From assembly GCA_009602735.1 (NCBI GenBank), contig WELA01000963.1, positions 124,025 through 188,024 on the forward strand: a DNA stretch of 64,000 bases. The letters run 5' to 3'. The notes under the pieces were generated by a model. It had not been told where the DNA came from. It did not search any database and was given only the letters and a program-made list of their open reading frames with translations. Below, in pieces: positions 32,901 through 46,700 of this stretch (positions are counted from its first letter, which is position 1; the number at the start of each line of letters is the position of its first letter). The position numbers and the translations under genes were made by a program. This DNA is from Mesotaenium endlicherianum. Its lineage: Eukaryota.

Positions 32901-34683
32901 ACCTGCCTGCCAGAGTGGCCCTGCCAGGTGTCCTGCAAGCAGAGCACGCCTCTCCTGCAGCCACGCCTGCAGTAGCGATCCGCTGCCACCCGTATCTTGG
33001 TCCCTGGACCAGCTGAAGAAGCTGAGGGCCGTGCGATCCAGAGTCATCTGAGGCGCTGATTGCCACAAGCCCACGTCTGGTGCCAGGTGGCAGGCTTCAC
33101 CCCCCTCCCCAGTCCTCTTGGTGTAGATGCCACCCTTCATTTGCTGCCGCGATGTGGGCTCTTTGTGCGCACCGTCACTCTCACCCTCCTCCTCCTCCAC
33201 CACCACTGTTGCTGTTCTCATCAGCTCAATGGGAACAGGGTCCTGGAGCCACATCATGTCGGAAAAGATAGACTTCTCGCCTAGTGCCATGTGGCAGCTG
33301 GCCATGCATTCGTTCATTGTCTGCGCTCCGGACGAAGTACCTTCATCACTGCAGACTGGCTTGGTGGGAGTTTTGGGGAGACCAACATCACCTGCCAGGT
33401 CATCTGCTGAGGTGGCACGTGCTGTGCACTCCTTGAGATCGCGTTGGCTTTCGGAGCCATCGGCCACTGGAGGGGGGACCAGTGCGTCTAAGCATGCTGA
33501 CCAGGCAGCATCTTCACCCTGGAAGCCATGCATCCAGCTGGCGCCCTTGGGTGGGCTGCACTGCTCCAGTTTACTGGCGGACCTCCAGGCAAAGGTGGGG
33601 CCCACAATGCGGCAGACTGCCTCCATCAGTGAATCCCACTCTTTTCTAGTAAGCCTGCCACCTGGACACACCCCAGCGGCCTCCCTATGGGAACCGCTGA
33701 TTGCCTGCCTGCTGGGGTGCATGGAGAGAGACAGCTGGACACCTGTAGGCCCCACATCCCAACCCTGCGACAACTGTGTGAGCAAAAGTGGTTGCCACTA
33801 TTGAGGCAGGCTGATGGTAACCGTAGAAATCTTCAATCAGGTCTGTCTTAGCGGAGAAAGCACAGAGATCGTGCACTTGCTGAATGAGCTAGGCCCTGGT
33901 AACCCTGCACTACCCTTCACGTGGAGTAGCGATGAAAGCAACAAAGTAAAGAATCTCGCTGGCTACCACTCCACATCTTACGAAGGTGCCAACTCTAGCA
34001 GCCCTCGCTCGCCTGTGAAAGCCCCACTTCCGTGGAGGAGAGTGGTCCTCTTTTCCTGGCATGCATATGTGGCGGATCTGGTGATGAGGTACAATAACAG
34101 CATGTCTCCCAAGATCCGGCTGACGAGGTAGACAAGTCATTATCTGAATGTCCGAGGGAGGGCCGTGAGCATATCTGAGCGAGAAGTCGGCGTTTTCGGG
34201 TTTCGGACTCACATGTGAGGCAGGTGACTCAAATGTCAGACCAAGTGACGCCATGCTAGGTGGAAAGTAAAGGTTGGTCAACAGCCTCTCCAAATTGGTC
34301 TGAGTAGATTCAGCATTTGAACTTGCAACATTCTCTTTCTCTTCACCTAATCTAAAGACGGCGACATATTCAGCAGTATGAGGGAAATTTGGCTTATCGC
34401 TAGGGGGCCCTTGAGTGCCCCCTGCATCCGGTACTGCATGCCCCAGAACATTGCGTAAGTTACCACTTTCCTTCTCACATGGGCGGCTAGAAGGTACATT
34501 TGTGAGGGAATCATGAATTTTCGAGGTGTATACTGGCAGAGAATTGATCCATAGCCTTTCATCCCTGTGAATAAGGGCCTGTCCGATTACAATGTCCAGA
34601 GAAATAAGTAATGGCAAAAGGAAGATGGAGGATAAAACCCAAATACGCTTACTGATTGATATCCTACTCATTTCACTAGGCAT
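29907..34683 (-). CDS. PIG-X/PBN1-domain protein (GPI mannosyltransferase I subunit) with a long N-terminal extension
   Basis: 3' exons ~32200-31481 (GQGSHREL...LVEHLPSGVFADTFELQQL), 30933-30695 (VYGCTDLERPS...LPLHARYP) and 30257-29907 (WNIPAG..AH..WVSCIT plus C-terminal hydrophobic segment) carry PIG-X motifs. 5' exons 34683-33982 (signal-peptide-like start) and 33797-~32730 join in phase 0, but their link to the 3' exons is less certain. Confidence 0.75.
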
Positions 34684-35839
34684 GTCGTCACTAGAATGGA
34701 AGGAGAGAATCTTGTTTTTCCTTGTAGTTAGTCGAGTATGTTATTCTTTTCTCTTTTAGTTCTTAAACGAAGCGAAAGTGCAATGCAACTGTCATGGTCT
34801 CAAACCAATTAGGGGGAGCTGAGGGGGAGTACTTCCGCGCTTGCACTGAAGCAGCACTGAAGGCACTCTAAGGTGCTCTGAGGACTTGCCTATCATCCCT
34901 AGTCTCCACTGGTCTCCATTGACGGAGACCGTCGTCAACCTATAGGCGTATAATTGTGTGCATCAAATCTGCATCAAATGCTGCGGTCGTTGGGCGCGGT
35001 CGGTGGTGGTCGGCCATGAAATGTATCTGCATGCCACTGTTCGTTGGTAGGCCAATTCTCGCGTCACTACTAAGGATAAATTCGCGTATCAACCAGCGTA
35101 GGGGAAGTGGCATACCATTTCTCCTGGTGAATGCTTGTGAAGTTTTGAATAATCATACGGACCTCTAGTTTTTGCAAAGCACTGTTTTCTGTACCACTCA
35201 CCTTTGCAAAATATAATTTTGAATTTGGCTTCCCAATATTATTTGGCGTCTTTTAGCGTTCTCACAAGTAGACCACAAGCAACGAGTTGGCTCCTTCTGT
35301 GACATATTCATGCATCTATAGTAGTACTAACAAAAAGAAGATTTAAGAAAGGAAAATAATGAAAGGAAACTGGTATTTTTCTTCAACGCTATTTTTATCT
35401 ACTCTATTGTATCTTGTTCCATTTTCATTTTAATGCATCTTTCCTCATTTGTTTCTATCACGAAAAAGCAATCTTAGAAATTCCTATCTTAGTTTGCCCC
35501 ATCATTTGCCTTATTGAAAAAGAGAAATGAGATGTACTAGCACTAGTTTGCTCTTGTGAAATGAGTCTACGTCGACAAGGTCTGACACCTAAGATGACTT
35601 CCATCGATTGGATTGAATGGCCGCGGACAGACAATTTTTATAGACAAAAATTACACGCGGTACTACACTTATTTAGGTGGGTGCAACGGGGCTTTAACCT
35701 TGCAACTTATAATTTGGGTGAGCTCAAAGGGAGTTACACGTTGCCAAGTTTAAAAAAAAACTCAGAGTTGTATCATCCTCAAGGAATGATTGTTCTGAAA
35801 CAAGGAGAGAACGCGATTGAGTAAAAAGTGAGAAGGTTT

Positions 35840-36342
35840 TGTAGTGATTTGAGCTATAATATATTAGTTTGCATATATTTTAATGATTTTGAATATATTT
35901 GGAGTAGTATTGTGTGGAGTCAAGTGTGAATAGATACTCTAGTGACTTGGTTTATGTTCTTTGAACCTTCTAAGGCATTTTCGAAGTTAGAGGAAGGACC
36001 TAGAAAAAGTCCACGTGGCAAAAGGCAAATGTGCCAGTTTTAGGTCAAAATGACATGTGTACATTATTCTAGAAAGATGTGGCAAGTTTTGGGATGTGTT
36101 GGGTGCCAACACATCAACATGCACCTTCCTAGAAATTACTTATGTAGCAAGTATATAAACAAGAGCTAGAACATAGAAAGACATTCGAGAATCAATATTG
36201 TACATGCCAAATTCCAGAAATATATTAACTTTCAAGAAGTCATCTCTCTTTCAAGAAGCTACTACTTGTGTTCAAAGATCCTTGTCTTGAATAGATAAAG
36301 TATTGTACTTTACTAAGTACTCAATCTATCTGTTTCACTACA
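35840..36342 (+). mobile_element. Solo LTR of an LTR retrotransposon (503 bp)
   Basis: Starts TGTAGTGA and ends TCACTACA, an 8-bp terminal inverted repeat with TG...CA ends. A perfect 5-bp target-site duplication GGTTT lies at 35835-35839 and 36343-36347. An internal TATATAAA lies near 36153. Confidence 0.9.
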
Positions 36343-37661
36343 GGTTTGATGAAAGACGATGCTACATCTACAAGATGTGATTTTATAAGGTGTGCACTTG
36401 GTGCACAGTACCGAGTGCAACGTTTTTTGCTCTCAATATTATTAACATTGACTTTGAAGTGGTCATCATTTTGGAAGCATTGGGAAGGCAATTTAATTCT
36501 CCTTTATCTTTGGCCTTCCCCAGCCGTGGTGGTGGTAGCTTCGCGGCCTTGGTGTGTACTATTTTGTTTCTTTTTCATATGTTCGGATTCTACTCTGCGC
36601 GTGCACGAAGATCATAGTACATACGAGGAAGCAATAAAAGGAGCAAATTGGTTTGAAAATTTTGGAATAGTTCATGTACAATATTTGTACAATATTGCAA
36701 CTTCGACTTCGTAGAATAACACGAGGAAGAAGAAACACACTTGCTCTATCTTCAACATGTTTTTGATACGATTTGCTTGTATCCATTTGAATTTGTAGTA
36801 AGAGCTAACGTGACAGCGTATTTGTTTTGAATTTCTATGAAGTTGTGGATAAAGTATTATGTGTTGATATATTTCATATTTTCTTATTATTTTATCGCAA
36901 TCAAGCTAGAATCTTTGTTGATTCCTTTTGTGTAATGCTGATTGAATTGAATTTGCAAGCAAAAAAAAAAAAGACAGCACGGAGAAAGAAAGAGAGACCC
37001 AAGAACAACAGAAGATAGCTACAACTTCGAAATATAACAAGTAGCCGCTATCAGGAAGCAGGTAGTCGCAGGCAAGCGCATACTTACATAACTTGAAGAC
37101 TTCGAGAAGACCTTGAGCAATACCTAAAGTATATAATCATGTATCACAAATCTCAGTTTGGAACGTGTCTTCTATACGACATGTTTTACACATGGTTTCA
37201 AACCTTAAATTAGGTAGATGCTCAACTACGCACAACATTCTGATATCCAAGTGTCGAGGACGGTCGAGGATGATATGGAGAATGTCGAACCAAGTCGATA
37301 TTATTCGGAAGGGGAAGTGAAGCAAGACGCCTTGGCTAGACTCGCGTCGGATGGGGACTCGGGAGTCGGGCGTCGGGACTCTCGGGACAGGCCCTCCAGG
37401 CTTCCAGCTCTTCTGCAGCGACCACTTGTGACGTCAGAAAGCGTCAAGAGTATAGGCCAGTCATTGCCTGGTCATGACATGTGACTCCCAGAAAATGACT
37501 AGACCTTTTTAGAAGAACGACTCCTCCTCGAGCCTCCAAGAAGCACCAAGAAAAGTGAAAAAGAGCACCAAAGCTGTGCGTCAAGCGTTAAATTTGAGCT
37601 CACTTCTTGAGTGGGAAAGTTTAAAGATGTGGAGGTGAAGTATATATGGAACAGGCCTTAC

Positions 37662-37725
37662 TTGACCTTTTTATAGTTTGGCTGGATTGACCTTTTTATA
37701 GTTTGGCTCGTGTCAGCTCGTGTCA
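37662..37725. repeat. Short direct repeats upstream of DGAT2
   Basis: TTGACCTTTTTATAGTTTGGCT occurs at 37662 and 37687, followed by GCTCGTGTCA twice. Confidence 0.7.
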
Positions 37726-38049
37726 TTGAAATCTAGCTAGTACTCTTTTGGGACGGGTCGTGGTGCCTCGCGTCAGCTGGGGTAATATAGCACATACTCT
37801 CAACGAGGTGTGATTTTCTTTTTTTCGGAAGTCTTGATAATCTGGCTATCGCGAAGTAGTCCAAGCACTTGATGCTTCTGTTCCTGCTGGTTACTCTACT
37901 TGGTCAACCATCAACGGTGGTCTCACCTCAGGCAGAGGAAAAGGAAAGTGATAAGATTGGTCTTTCTCAGGGAACTTTGATGTCCTATCGAGGAGACTGA
38001 TTTGAGAATCTTGCAGACAGTGTGTATCTCCGAGACTTTTTGCGTCAAC

Positions 38050-40363
38050 ATGGGCGATGACACAAAACATGCTAGTTCCTTAGGTCCTCATCTCCGGAAC
38101 AAAATGGAAAGTGTTGAACCAGACAGTCTTCCTGCTCAGGAGTCAGCATCCGATGTTGGCCCAAGTAAATTCTTTAACCGCCAGGAGAGCCTTGTTGGTC
38201 ATGGTCATGGAAAGGCCGTTGTTTCTGCCCCTAAAGTTGACAATAGCTTCCTTGCAAAGGTGAGAAGTTGATGCTTCACTTTGTATGCGCAGCTGGAGTC
38301 TAGTAAGCAGAGGGAGGTCTTTCACACTCCGAGATACACACTTACAGACCTATACACGCATCTGTATGCATATACTTAGATCTTAGAGCTGTATACTGTA
38401 TGTTGATATAAGTAATGCAGTCACGAAACTCTTTCCCTGCCTGTGTGTGTGAAAGTACATAGTCATGTATATAGTTATACCAAACAGCTACCTATATGTG
38501 TGTGCGTGTGTGCAAATTTACATGTTAGTGGCACTGCTCCCCTTGAGTAGTCTCACAGTTTACTAGATGGTGAGTGAGCTATACATGAAGAATTTGCAAA
38601 GCTTGATTCATTACTGCTGCATAATCTTTGACTAGCATTTAACACAATTGTTGTCCTTGACTGTCTTATACCAGCTCAAACTGGGAATTTGCCTCGTCCT
38701 GTGGATGGGCATTTTTCATTTCAATACTGTGGTTATTGTCACATCCCTGCTTTGTCTGCCCAACATTTATGCCATCACAGCACTTGCCATATACACGACA
38801 ATCACTGTCATACCTGTTGATGAAAAGTCTGCATGGGGTACCAGACTGGCACGTTTTGTATCATCGACTGTCCCAGCTCATTTTCCGCTCAAGGTAAGTC
38901 ACACTTGAAACCGAGATATCTATATGTATTCTCTGAGGCAAGTATACTGGAAACTTGACACCACTTATAGTTTGCATATGGGAGGGCTTATGACTAGCTT
39001 CTGTTAGGTCATGATGCTTACTATGATTTGGTCTTCATGACAAGGACAACAAACTCTGAGGGCCAATATTCTGTTCTTTGGGTTCTTTTGTCCAGATTGA
39101 AGTACTGTGTCAGTATATGTACTTCATGTATGTTGCTAGCAAGCCAGAGAGCTATACATGTATACATAAGCTCATCTGATGAGGTCCCTAGAAGGTGAAG
39201 ATGGTTACCTCTAACCAGTCTATACTGGATCAAGCGTGTAGCAGAGTAAGGATGTGCAGCAAAAAGTACCAACAAGTAGTCGGGTATATGGTCTATATCT
39301 TGTACACCAACATGACCTTGGTCATCTCCTGCTCTATCTTGGCCTCTTTATCTTCGGTGTCGCCCTTCTAATGGAAGGCCTCATGTTCTGGGCAGCTGTA
39401 AACTATCACTTGCAGTGTTGGCATAGAAGCTCTACTTTGTCTGGGTGTTTCAATATTATGGTGGTAAGTGATGGAGCAGGTCTTTATGCTGAATTGGCGT
39501 GCTAAAAATTGCCCAAGCATTGGCTGCAGGTTATATATGAGGACAAGGATGCTCTCAATCCTGATCGCTCATATGTGATTGCCCTTGAGCCCCATTCTGT
39601 CCTACCTATCTCGGTGGTAGCCTTTTGCAATGGTGCCAATCTTTGCCCTTTGACAAACATAAAGACCCTCGCAAGCTCCGTATTGGATTATGTTCCCCTC
39701 TGCCGGCATTTGTGGAGGTGGATGGGCATGGCTGGCGTATCTCGAGACACATTTGCTAAATTACTGCAAACAGGGACAACTTGCATCCTTATACCTGGTG
39801 GTGTGCAAGAATGCACCTTCATGCGGAGCGATCAGGAGGTGACTTTTCTTTGACTCACTCTTTCTGTGCACCCTTCATTTCCCTCTTTTAAGTACCGTGC
39901 AAGTATTTATGACCAGCAAGAGGCAGAAGATTACTGTAGGAAGGAGGAGGCCATGTGTGACTCATGGTGGTACTTGTGGAGGGTGCAGGTTCTCTTCTTG
40001 AAGAAACGACGTGGTTTCATAAAAATGGCCATGTCTCAAGGGACGCCGCTCATACCAGCATTTGCTTTTGGCCAGAGAAATGTATTCAAGTTCTGGTTTC
40101 CAAGAGCTAAGTGGTACCAGACCATGTCTAGGCGTATAAGATTTGCTCCCATGGTGTACTGGGGAATGTTTGGCTGTCCCATTCCTCTGCCAGTGCCCAT
40201 GACTATTGTTGTCGGAAAGCCTATTGAGGTTACTCAGGTGCAAACGCCATCAGAGGATGAGGTCACTGCAGTACAGAACACATTTTTGTCTTCTTTAACG
40301 TCTATGTACGACAGGTATAAGGAAGAGCTTGGGGCTAAAGACATCGAACTAATCATTTTGTAG
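38050..40363 (+). CDS. DGAT2: Diacylglycerol O-acyltransferase type 2 (plant-type)
   Basis: Exons 38050-38259, 38675-38893, 39530-39838, 39989-40363, all phase 0. It has an N-terminal hydrophobic segment, HFP (YFP-block equivalent), EPHS, PGGVQE, RRGFIKMA..G.PLIPAFAFGQ and VVGKPI. Confidence 0.93.
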
Positions 40364-40977
40364 AAATACGTGATGCAATAATGGAGAGTAGCCTTGATAT
40401 TGGCTTCAAAGTGCATTGTTCCTTGTGAGTTAGCTAATTTCTTTACCTCTGCTGCACAGACATGTCATCACAAGTGCCAAGTGGATTACGCGTTTGTGCT
40501 AAGTTTGTCGCAAGTCTGCATACTAGTCCGCAGGATGATTGAGGCAGTGTTTACCCTTTATCTGAAATACTGCCATGCTGTCATTGAGATTTTAGTGGGA
40601 TGCCTAACTTTCGACAGCCACGATGTGAGATGCGTGGTCTATCAATTGGCACATTTTCTTGCTACAGACAACGAAGTCTTTATAGTCCACAATTATAATG
40701 TACAATTTACATACTTGATTTAGGACCTCTTACTTCCAACATGCACTACAAATGGGCCGCGTACCTCTCCTCATGCTGACATCGTTCGTCTTTGTGCATT
40801 ACCTGTACGATAAAGTGAGCTACCATACAACAGATGTGGACGGCCAGTCAAGGTTGCCAATAGTTGAGTTGAGTTCAATCTAAAAATTAATATGTACACT
40901 TCGGCCGGCATGATAGCTCAACAGTAAGCTGCAGTAAGAAATGAACGTCCTACATATAGATTGCATCGTGGGTTTGT

Positions 40978-43604
40978 CTAATTCCGCCTGAGACGCCATG
41001 AAACTAGTACAACTGTAAGGGCCACCCCGCAAGCTCCTAACATCCATCGTTTCGTAGAGAGTGATACCCACGCTGGATCCTCCATGGGCATCGTCAGCAA
41101 AGACCTCACCTGCTCGAGCCATAGCCAAACTAGAAAGAAGTTGAGCGACACTTGAGTCTTCCCAACAGCAGCGGCAGGGGTGATGGCATGGCAGAAACTT
41201 TAGCGCATCCTCACATAAGTGTTTCCACAATTGTGAACAAAAAAAGAAGAAAGAGCACAACCTTGTACAGCTCAGAGCAAGCTGTAACTAGACGCGCATC
41301 TTGCAGCATCTGACTCTCTGTCGCATAGACAGAAAACAGCAGGCAGACGCAGCAAGCAAACTTTTGCATTGCTGACTGCCTCCCAGCTATAACACACAAC
41401 ACTTAAACCACCCCGCCAGCCCTGTACCAGACACTCATGTCATACTATTCTGTATCTGACGCGAAATCACTCCACATAGCCTGTCAACATTGCATGCAGT
41501 GCATTAGAAAACAGCAGGAAGTGAAAGAAAGTAGCAGTCCAGAGAGGACGCGATGGATGGCGGGCAACGAGGTGGCAGCAGCAGCCATAGCAGAAGGAGG
41601 AGAAGAGGAGAAGTGGAGGAGGGTACGTCAATGTCGCGCTTGTCCCAGTTGGCGGAGATGCCGCCCAGGTGGCCCTTGCCCACCACGGCCACCACCGCGC
41701 CAGATCGCTCCGTCACGTGCCTGAGCATTACCGACATGTACCTGCAAACAGACACGCACGCACGCATGCACGCACGCACGCACGCACACACATGGACATA
41801 TAAGGTCGCCATCACCAGCCATCAGCACCACCAACATGAGAGCTCTGCATATTCATCACAGCTTAAGCATGCCCCTCGGCACTGCTTGCCTTCCATGAAT
41901 CACATGAGAAGAGGGGAAGCAGGATGTCAAGCCAGCACTGCATTGTGAGCCCCTCATGCTCCCCGCCTTCATATAACACACAAGCGGTACACGCGCATCA
42001 AGATATGGTTGCAAGGAACACATCAGGCAATGGAAACAGACAGGCTCCACGAGGCTGCTGCTGATTCCTGCAATACAACAACCTAGACTGAGTACAGGCA
42101 CACGTACATGAAGACACTCTTGATACATCCCCTGAAACCACGCACCTCACAACGATCACACACTTTGCTGTCAAGCCCCCTCCCCCCCACAACAAACCCA
42201 AAACACAACACACACACACACACACACACACACGCATGCACGCGCCGGCACACACATGGGATGTCAACGCTGCAGCCAGCATGGGGCAACCACACGAGGA
42301 CATCTGCAAGTGCTTTGCTGCGAATGTCACAACCCAGCGAGCTCAACAAGTGGGAGCCGGGTACCTCGGGCAAGAAAGCGGAGCGGACAGGGTGACGTGT
42401 GACTACGGTTGCTGCAGGACAGCGAGCGAGCGAGCGAGCGAGGGAGGAAGGACGAGGGCGCGCTCTCACATGTCACGCTCGGTGATGAGCGTCTCCAGCA
42501 GCGTGGGGAATGTGCGCCCCATGTCCTTGATGGCCAGCGTCAGCATGTCCGAGTCCTTCAGCTCCTCCATCTGCCTCCCGTCACGCCACAAAGGCACGCC
42601 GCGACGAATGAGGCTAACTAGGGCCCCTGCACTGCAGGGCTCGAGCCAGGGACGTCGCCCTCCCCCTCGGAAAGACAGCAAGACGCACAGGAAGACAGGC
42701 AGCAACAATGTGTTCTGCATGGAGGCGGAGCCGTGAAAAAATGCCGCGGATCCTAAAACTGCACGTGAGAATTGGCGAGTTTGACAAGTGCTGCAAGGTA
42801 ATGCGATGTCAAGAGTCCCACCATATTGACCGCGAGATACACAGACCAAAATACCAGTGATAATGTCAAATCAGGAATAACCAACACCACAGGCTTTCTC
42901 CCGGTCCTGCTTGCGTACCCTTCAGGCTCCTTCGGGCTGCTTCGAGCTGCAGGGCTGTGGGGTGTGCCTGCGTGCGTGTGGGGGTGGGGGCTGGAAGGAG
43001 CGGGTAGGCCGTAGGCTAAGTCTCACATCATCCCAGGGGGCCCCTAACAAATTGCCTCAGAATGCCCTGCCTGCCTTCCTGAGACGTGGAAACGAACGTC
43101 CAAGAGCAGGTGGATACGTGCGCGCGCGCACGTGCGTGTGTGCGTGCATGTGCGTGTGTGTATGTATGTGTGTATGTGCGAGTGTGCACGCGCGCGCGTG
43201 TGCCTGTGAGGTAGCGGGTGAAGACTGACCAGGTCCTGCAGCTGCTGAGCGGACGGCAGCCACAGGGCCTGCAGCAGGAGCGACCCCACCAGCTTCACGC
43301 GGTGCCACGTGGACAGCCGGGCCCACGCCCTCTTCAGCGTCACCTGCGCCCCCCGCCATCATCCCCATCACCACCATGGACCTTAGCTTGCTCACACGCA
43401 CGAGGCCCATGGCCGCCCGCCGCCCGTTCCAGGTGGCGCAAAGGCTGCTCTCTCCGTCGGTGGTGGAGGAAAAGCATAAGCACCCTGTGACCTCGTGCCA
43501 GGAGAATCAGACCATCACTCTCCATCGAACACAAGCAGCGTGTGGAGAAAAAGATGATGGGAGCCCAATGAAGGGCGAGTACAGGGTCAGACACACACAC
43601 ACAC

Positions 43605-43680
<76 letters not shown>

Positions 43681-43712
43681 NNNNNNNNNNNNNNNNNNNN
43701 NNNNNNNNNNNN

Positions 43713-43774
<62 letters not shown>

Positions 43775-46700
43775 AACAGACACACTCATGACGGACCCCT
43801 CCGCACACTATTTCCCCCTCCACTGCAGCAAAGCAACAGCAGCTGGAAGCAAGCCGCCCCGTGTAGCCCCACCAACAGCGTAAAAGTGTGGGGGTCGAGA
43901 TGCGAGGGCAGTGGGGGCCGAGCACGAGTGCTTGCTGTAGCAGTGAGAGGGCGCGTGTGTATATGAGCGTGCGCATGCGTGCATGTGCGGGGGTGAGTAC
44001 CTGCACGGGGCGGTCCCCCAGCTTGACCATGGCCCCGCAGGCCACGGCCTCAGAGTAGGCCACGCGGAACTCCTCCCCCGGGTACACCTCCATTTTCTCG
44101 CCGATCTGCGCACCGCACGCACGCACGCACAGGCCGGACAGCAACACTGAGAGAGAAGTGCTCTTGCGCGCTGCACTGGCGGCGATCGGATGGTTGGGGC
44201 AGGGAATGCCCCTGCTTCAGGCAGCACACAGACTGAGACAGGCTCTGCTAGGGCCTCATCCTGCCTGTCTGTCCGCCCGCCCACTGCTCTTCAGCCTTGC
44301 TCCTACTGCCAGGTGGCAGAAGGCACGCCACCCTCGCTGCAGAGAGCCCGCTTCGGTCGGCACACACTGCTTGCAACTCTCCTCTTGAAGTTAAACGATG
44401 CGCGAGCGCGCCTGCGCGCACGTGTATGTGTGCGTGTGCGTGATGGAATTGTGTGTGGACGTTTTGGGCAGGAAGCAGGAGGAGGGAGGAGGGAGGAGGA
44501 GGGGCACCTTGGCCAGCAGCCAGGCGTAGGCGACGGCAAACGCATTCGTCTTCTTGCTCCGCCACACCGCCAGGAGCTCCTGCATGGACGCCACCTGGAG
44601 GTCTTGCGCGGGAAGCAGCATGGCGATCCTGTCGGAGCACACCTCCACAAACACCACCTGCCCGCCCGCCCAGCACATGAGGGTGGAAGATGAGGAGGAG
44701 GAGGAGAACGAAGAGGAGAAACACTTCCCCTCCCCCCCCCTTGCTCCGTCTCTCCCTCTGCTACTCCTCCATCCCTGCGGCAGCTTGTGGACCCGCTGGA
44801 GCAAGTGACAAGTTCCTTTCGTGTCGTCCTGTTGCTACGATAGCCAACAAGAACCTAGTGGCGGCTACATACCCAAAACCCCCCCCCCCCAATTTGAACC
44901 AGAGGCGCTCGCAGCAGTATATTTCACGGTGCAGTCGTGATGGCTTACTGCAATGCTTCCTCTTCAAGCGCAAGGGTGGGCTGGCTGGGGCACTGGGGGG
45001 CCCAGGCACACGCGAAGCATAATAAGTCCACCCAATCATCGAGCATCTCCGACACCCTCACCCTCCACCCCCAGTCGCCCGAGAGCGTTCAGCATCAGCA
45101 CGCCAGCCAGCCAGCCAGCTTGCCTGGGGCGCAGCTGGTCCTGTAAAAATTTGGGGCAGGGGCGTGAGCACTCGAGTGAGCTCCACAGGCCCACCCACCC
45201 ACCTACCCTCACGAGCTCCTCAAGAGGACCGCATAAACGGAGGAAAACAGGGAAGCTCTCATCTGCCGCCGACCTCCCCCTAGGAGGAGGAGGAGGAGGA
45301 GGAGGAGGAGGAAGAGCATCAGAAAGAGAGAGGGACGGAGTTTGGCACGCGAGCCTCCTGTCACGTGGTGTTAGAGGCAGGCACGCAGGTAGTTACCCTT
45401 TCCTCTTCCAGATCAGCTGAGGGCCGAGGGACGAGGGGGGAGGGGGGATGGGTGAGGGCTGAGCTGCAACATTGACGCCGTTGGGCTGAAAAGCCCCAGA
45501 GCCTCAGACAGGCATGCATGAGGGGTCGACACTAGAGGTGGTCGATCGGCACCCGGCACTCCGCAGGCAGATAGATATTGCCACAGCAGCAGCAGCTCCA
45601 CCTCTTCCTCCAACCTGCCTGCGTGTTCTGCCCCGCACTCCCTCACAGAATGTTGCATGAAACAACGATGGCTCATCCCCGAAACTTCTTGGTCACGACG
45701 CGGGATGGGGCAAGCTACCGGGAAGGGGGGGTCGGCTGAGCAAAAGGTGGGGTGGGGGGGAGCAGGACGGGGCTCACATCCGGCTGGACGGCCTGGATGA
45801 GCGCGCGCACGTCGTCGCACGAGTCGCGCGACACGTGCGCCGTGCCCAGCACGTATGCGACGCTCGTGGCGCCCTCCGCCACCTTGGACTCGCACGTCAG
45901 CACCGTGATGTTGCCCGCCGTCTGGTTGGACAGCGCCGCCAGCTGGCGCGCCCTCTGCTCCGTCGCACAGGCAGACAGGGCAGAGGAGGACGGTTAGGCG
46001 CAGGTGCTCCGACCCAAACTGCCCCCCACCCCCGTGTCGTTGCCCTCTGCCTCCCATCCCTCCTCCTCATCCTCTTCCTCAATAGCTGCAGCTGACGACA
46101 GCTGGCAAACGCGAGAGACTGCTCATCGGTCGTACAATGCACGACTGGCGGCGGGCATGGACGGGCGTGGCCAATCAAAGGAAGGCACGTATTGGCAGCA
46201 TCTCACGACTGCCTGCTGACCTAACCCACTGGCCGCCTGCGAGGCCTGCTCCCTGAGCCAGAGAAGGACTGCTCCAAAAAAGAGACTCCACGGACGACCG
46301 CCAGCCTGGCAGCCTGGCAGCCTGGCCAAACAACAGCCTGGCAGCCTGGCAGGCAGGCACACTGATTTGACAGGCTGACTTCAGCGACCGGCACCATGCC
46401 TGGGCCGCAGCCCCAAAACAAAGCATGAGGCAAGGGGGCGTGTCTGCTGACTGGTGCATTATGCTATCCCCTACCAACCCACAGCTCACAAACACGGAGG
46501 CCTGAGGAACGGGAGAGGGGGAGGAGGAGGGGGAAGGAGAGAAAGAGCGGGGGCGAGTGGGTATGAAGTCAGAGCGAGGGTGAGAGAGGGGAAGGGTGGG
46601 AGGGGAAGGGGGAGGGAGAAGGGTCACAAAGGAAGCGCCAGAGAACAAGTGACTGCAATGCCCCCTGCCCCACCCTGCCCTGCCCGGGCCCCAGCTGGCT

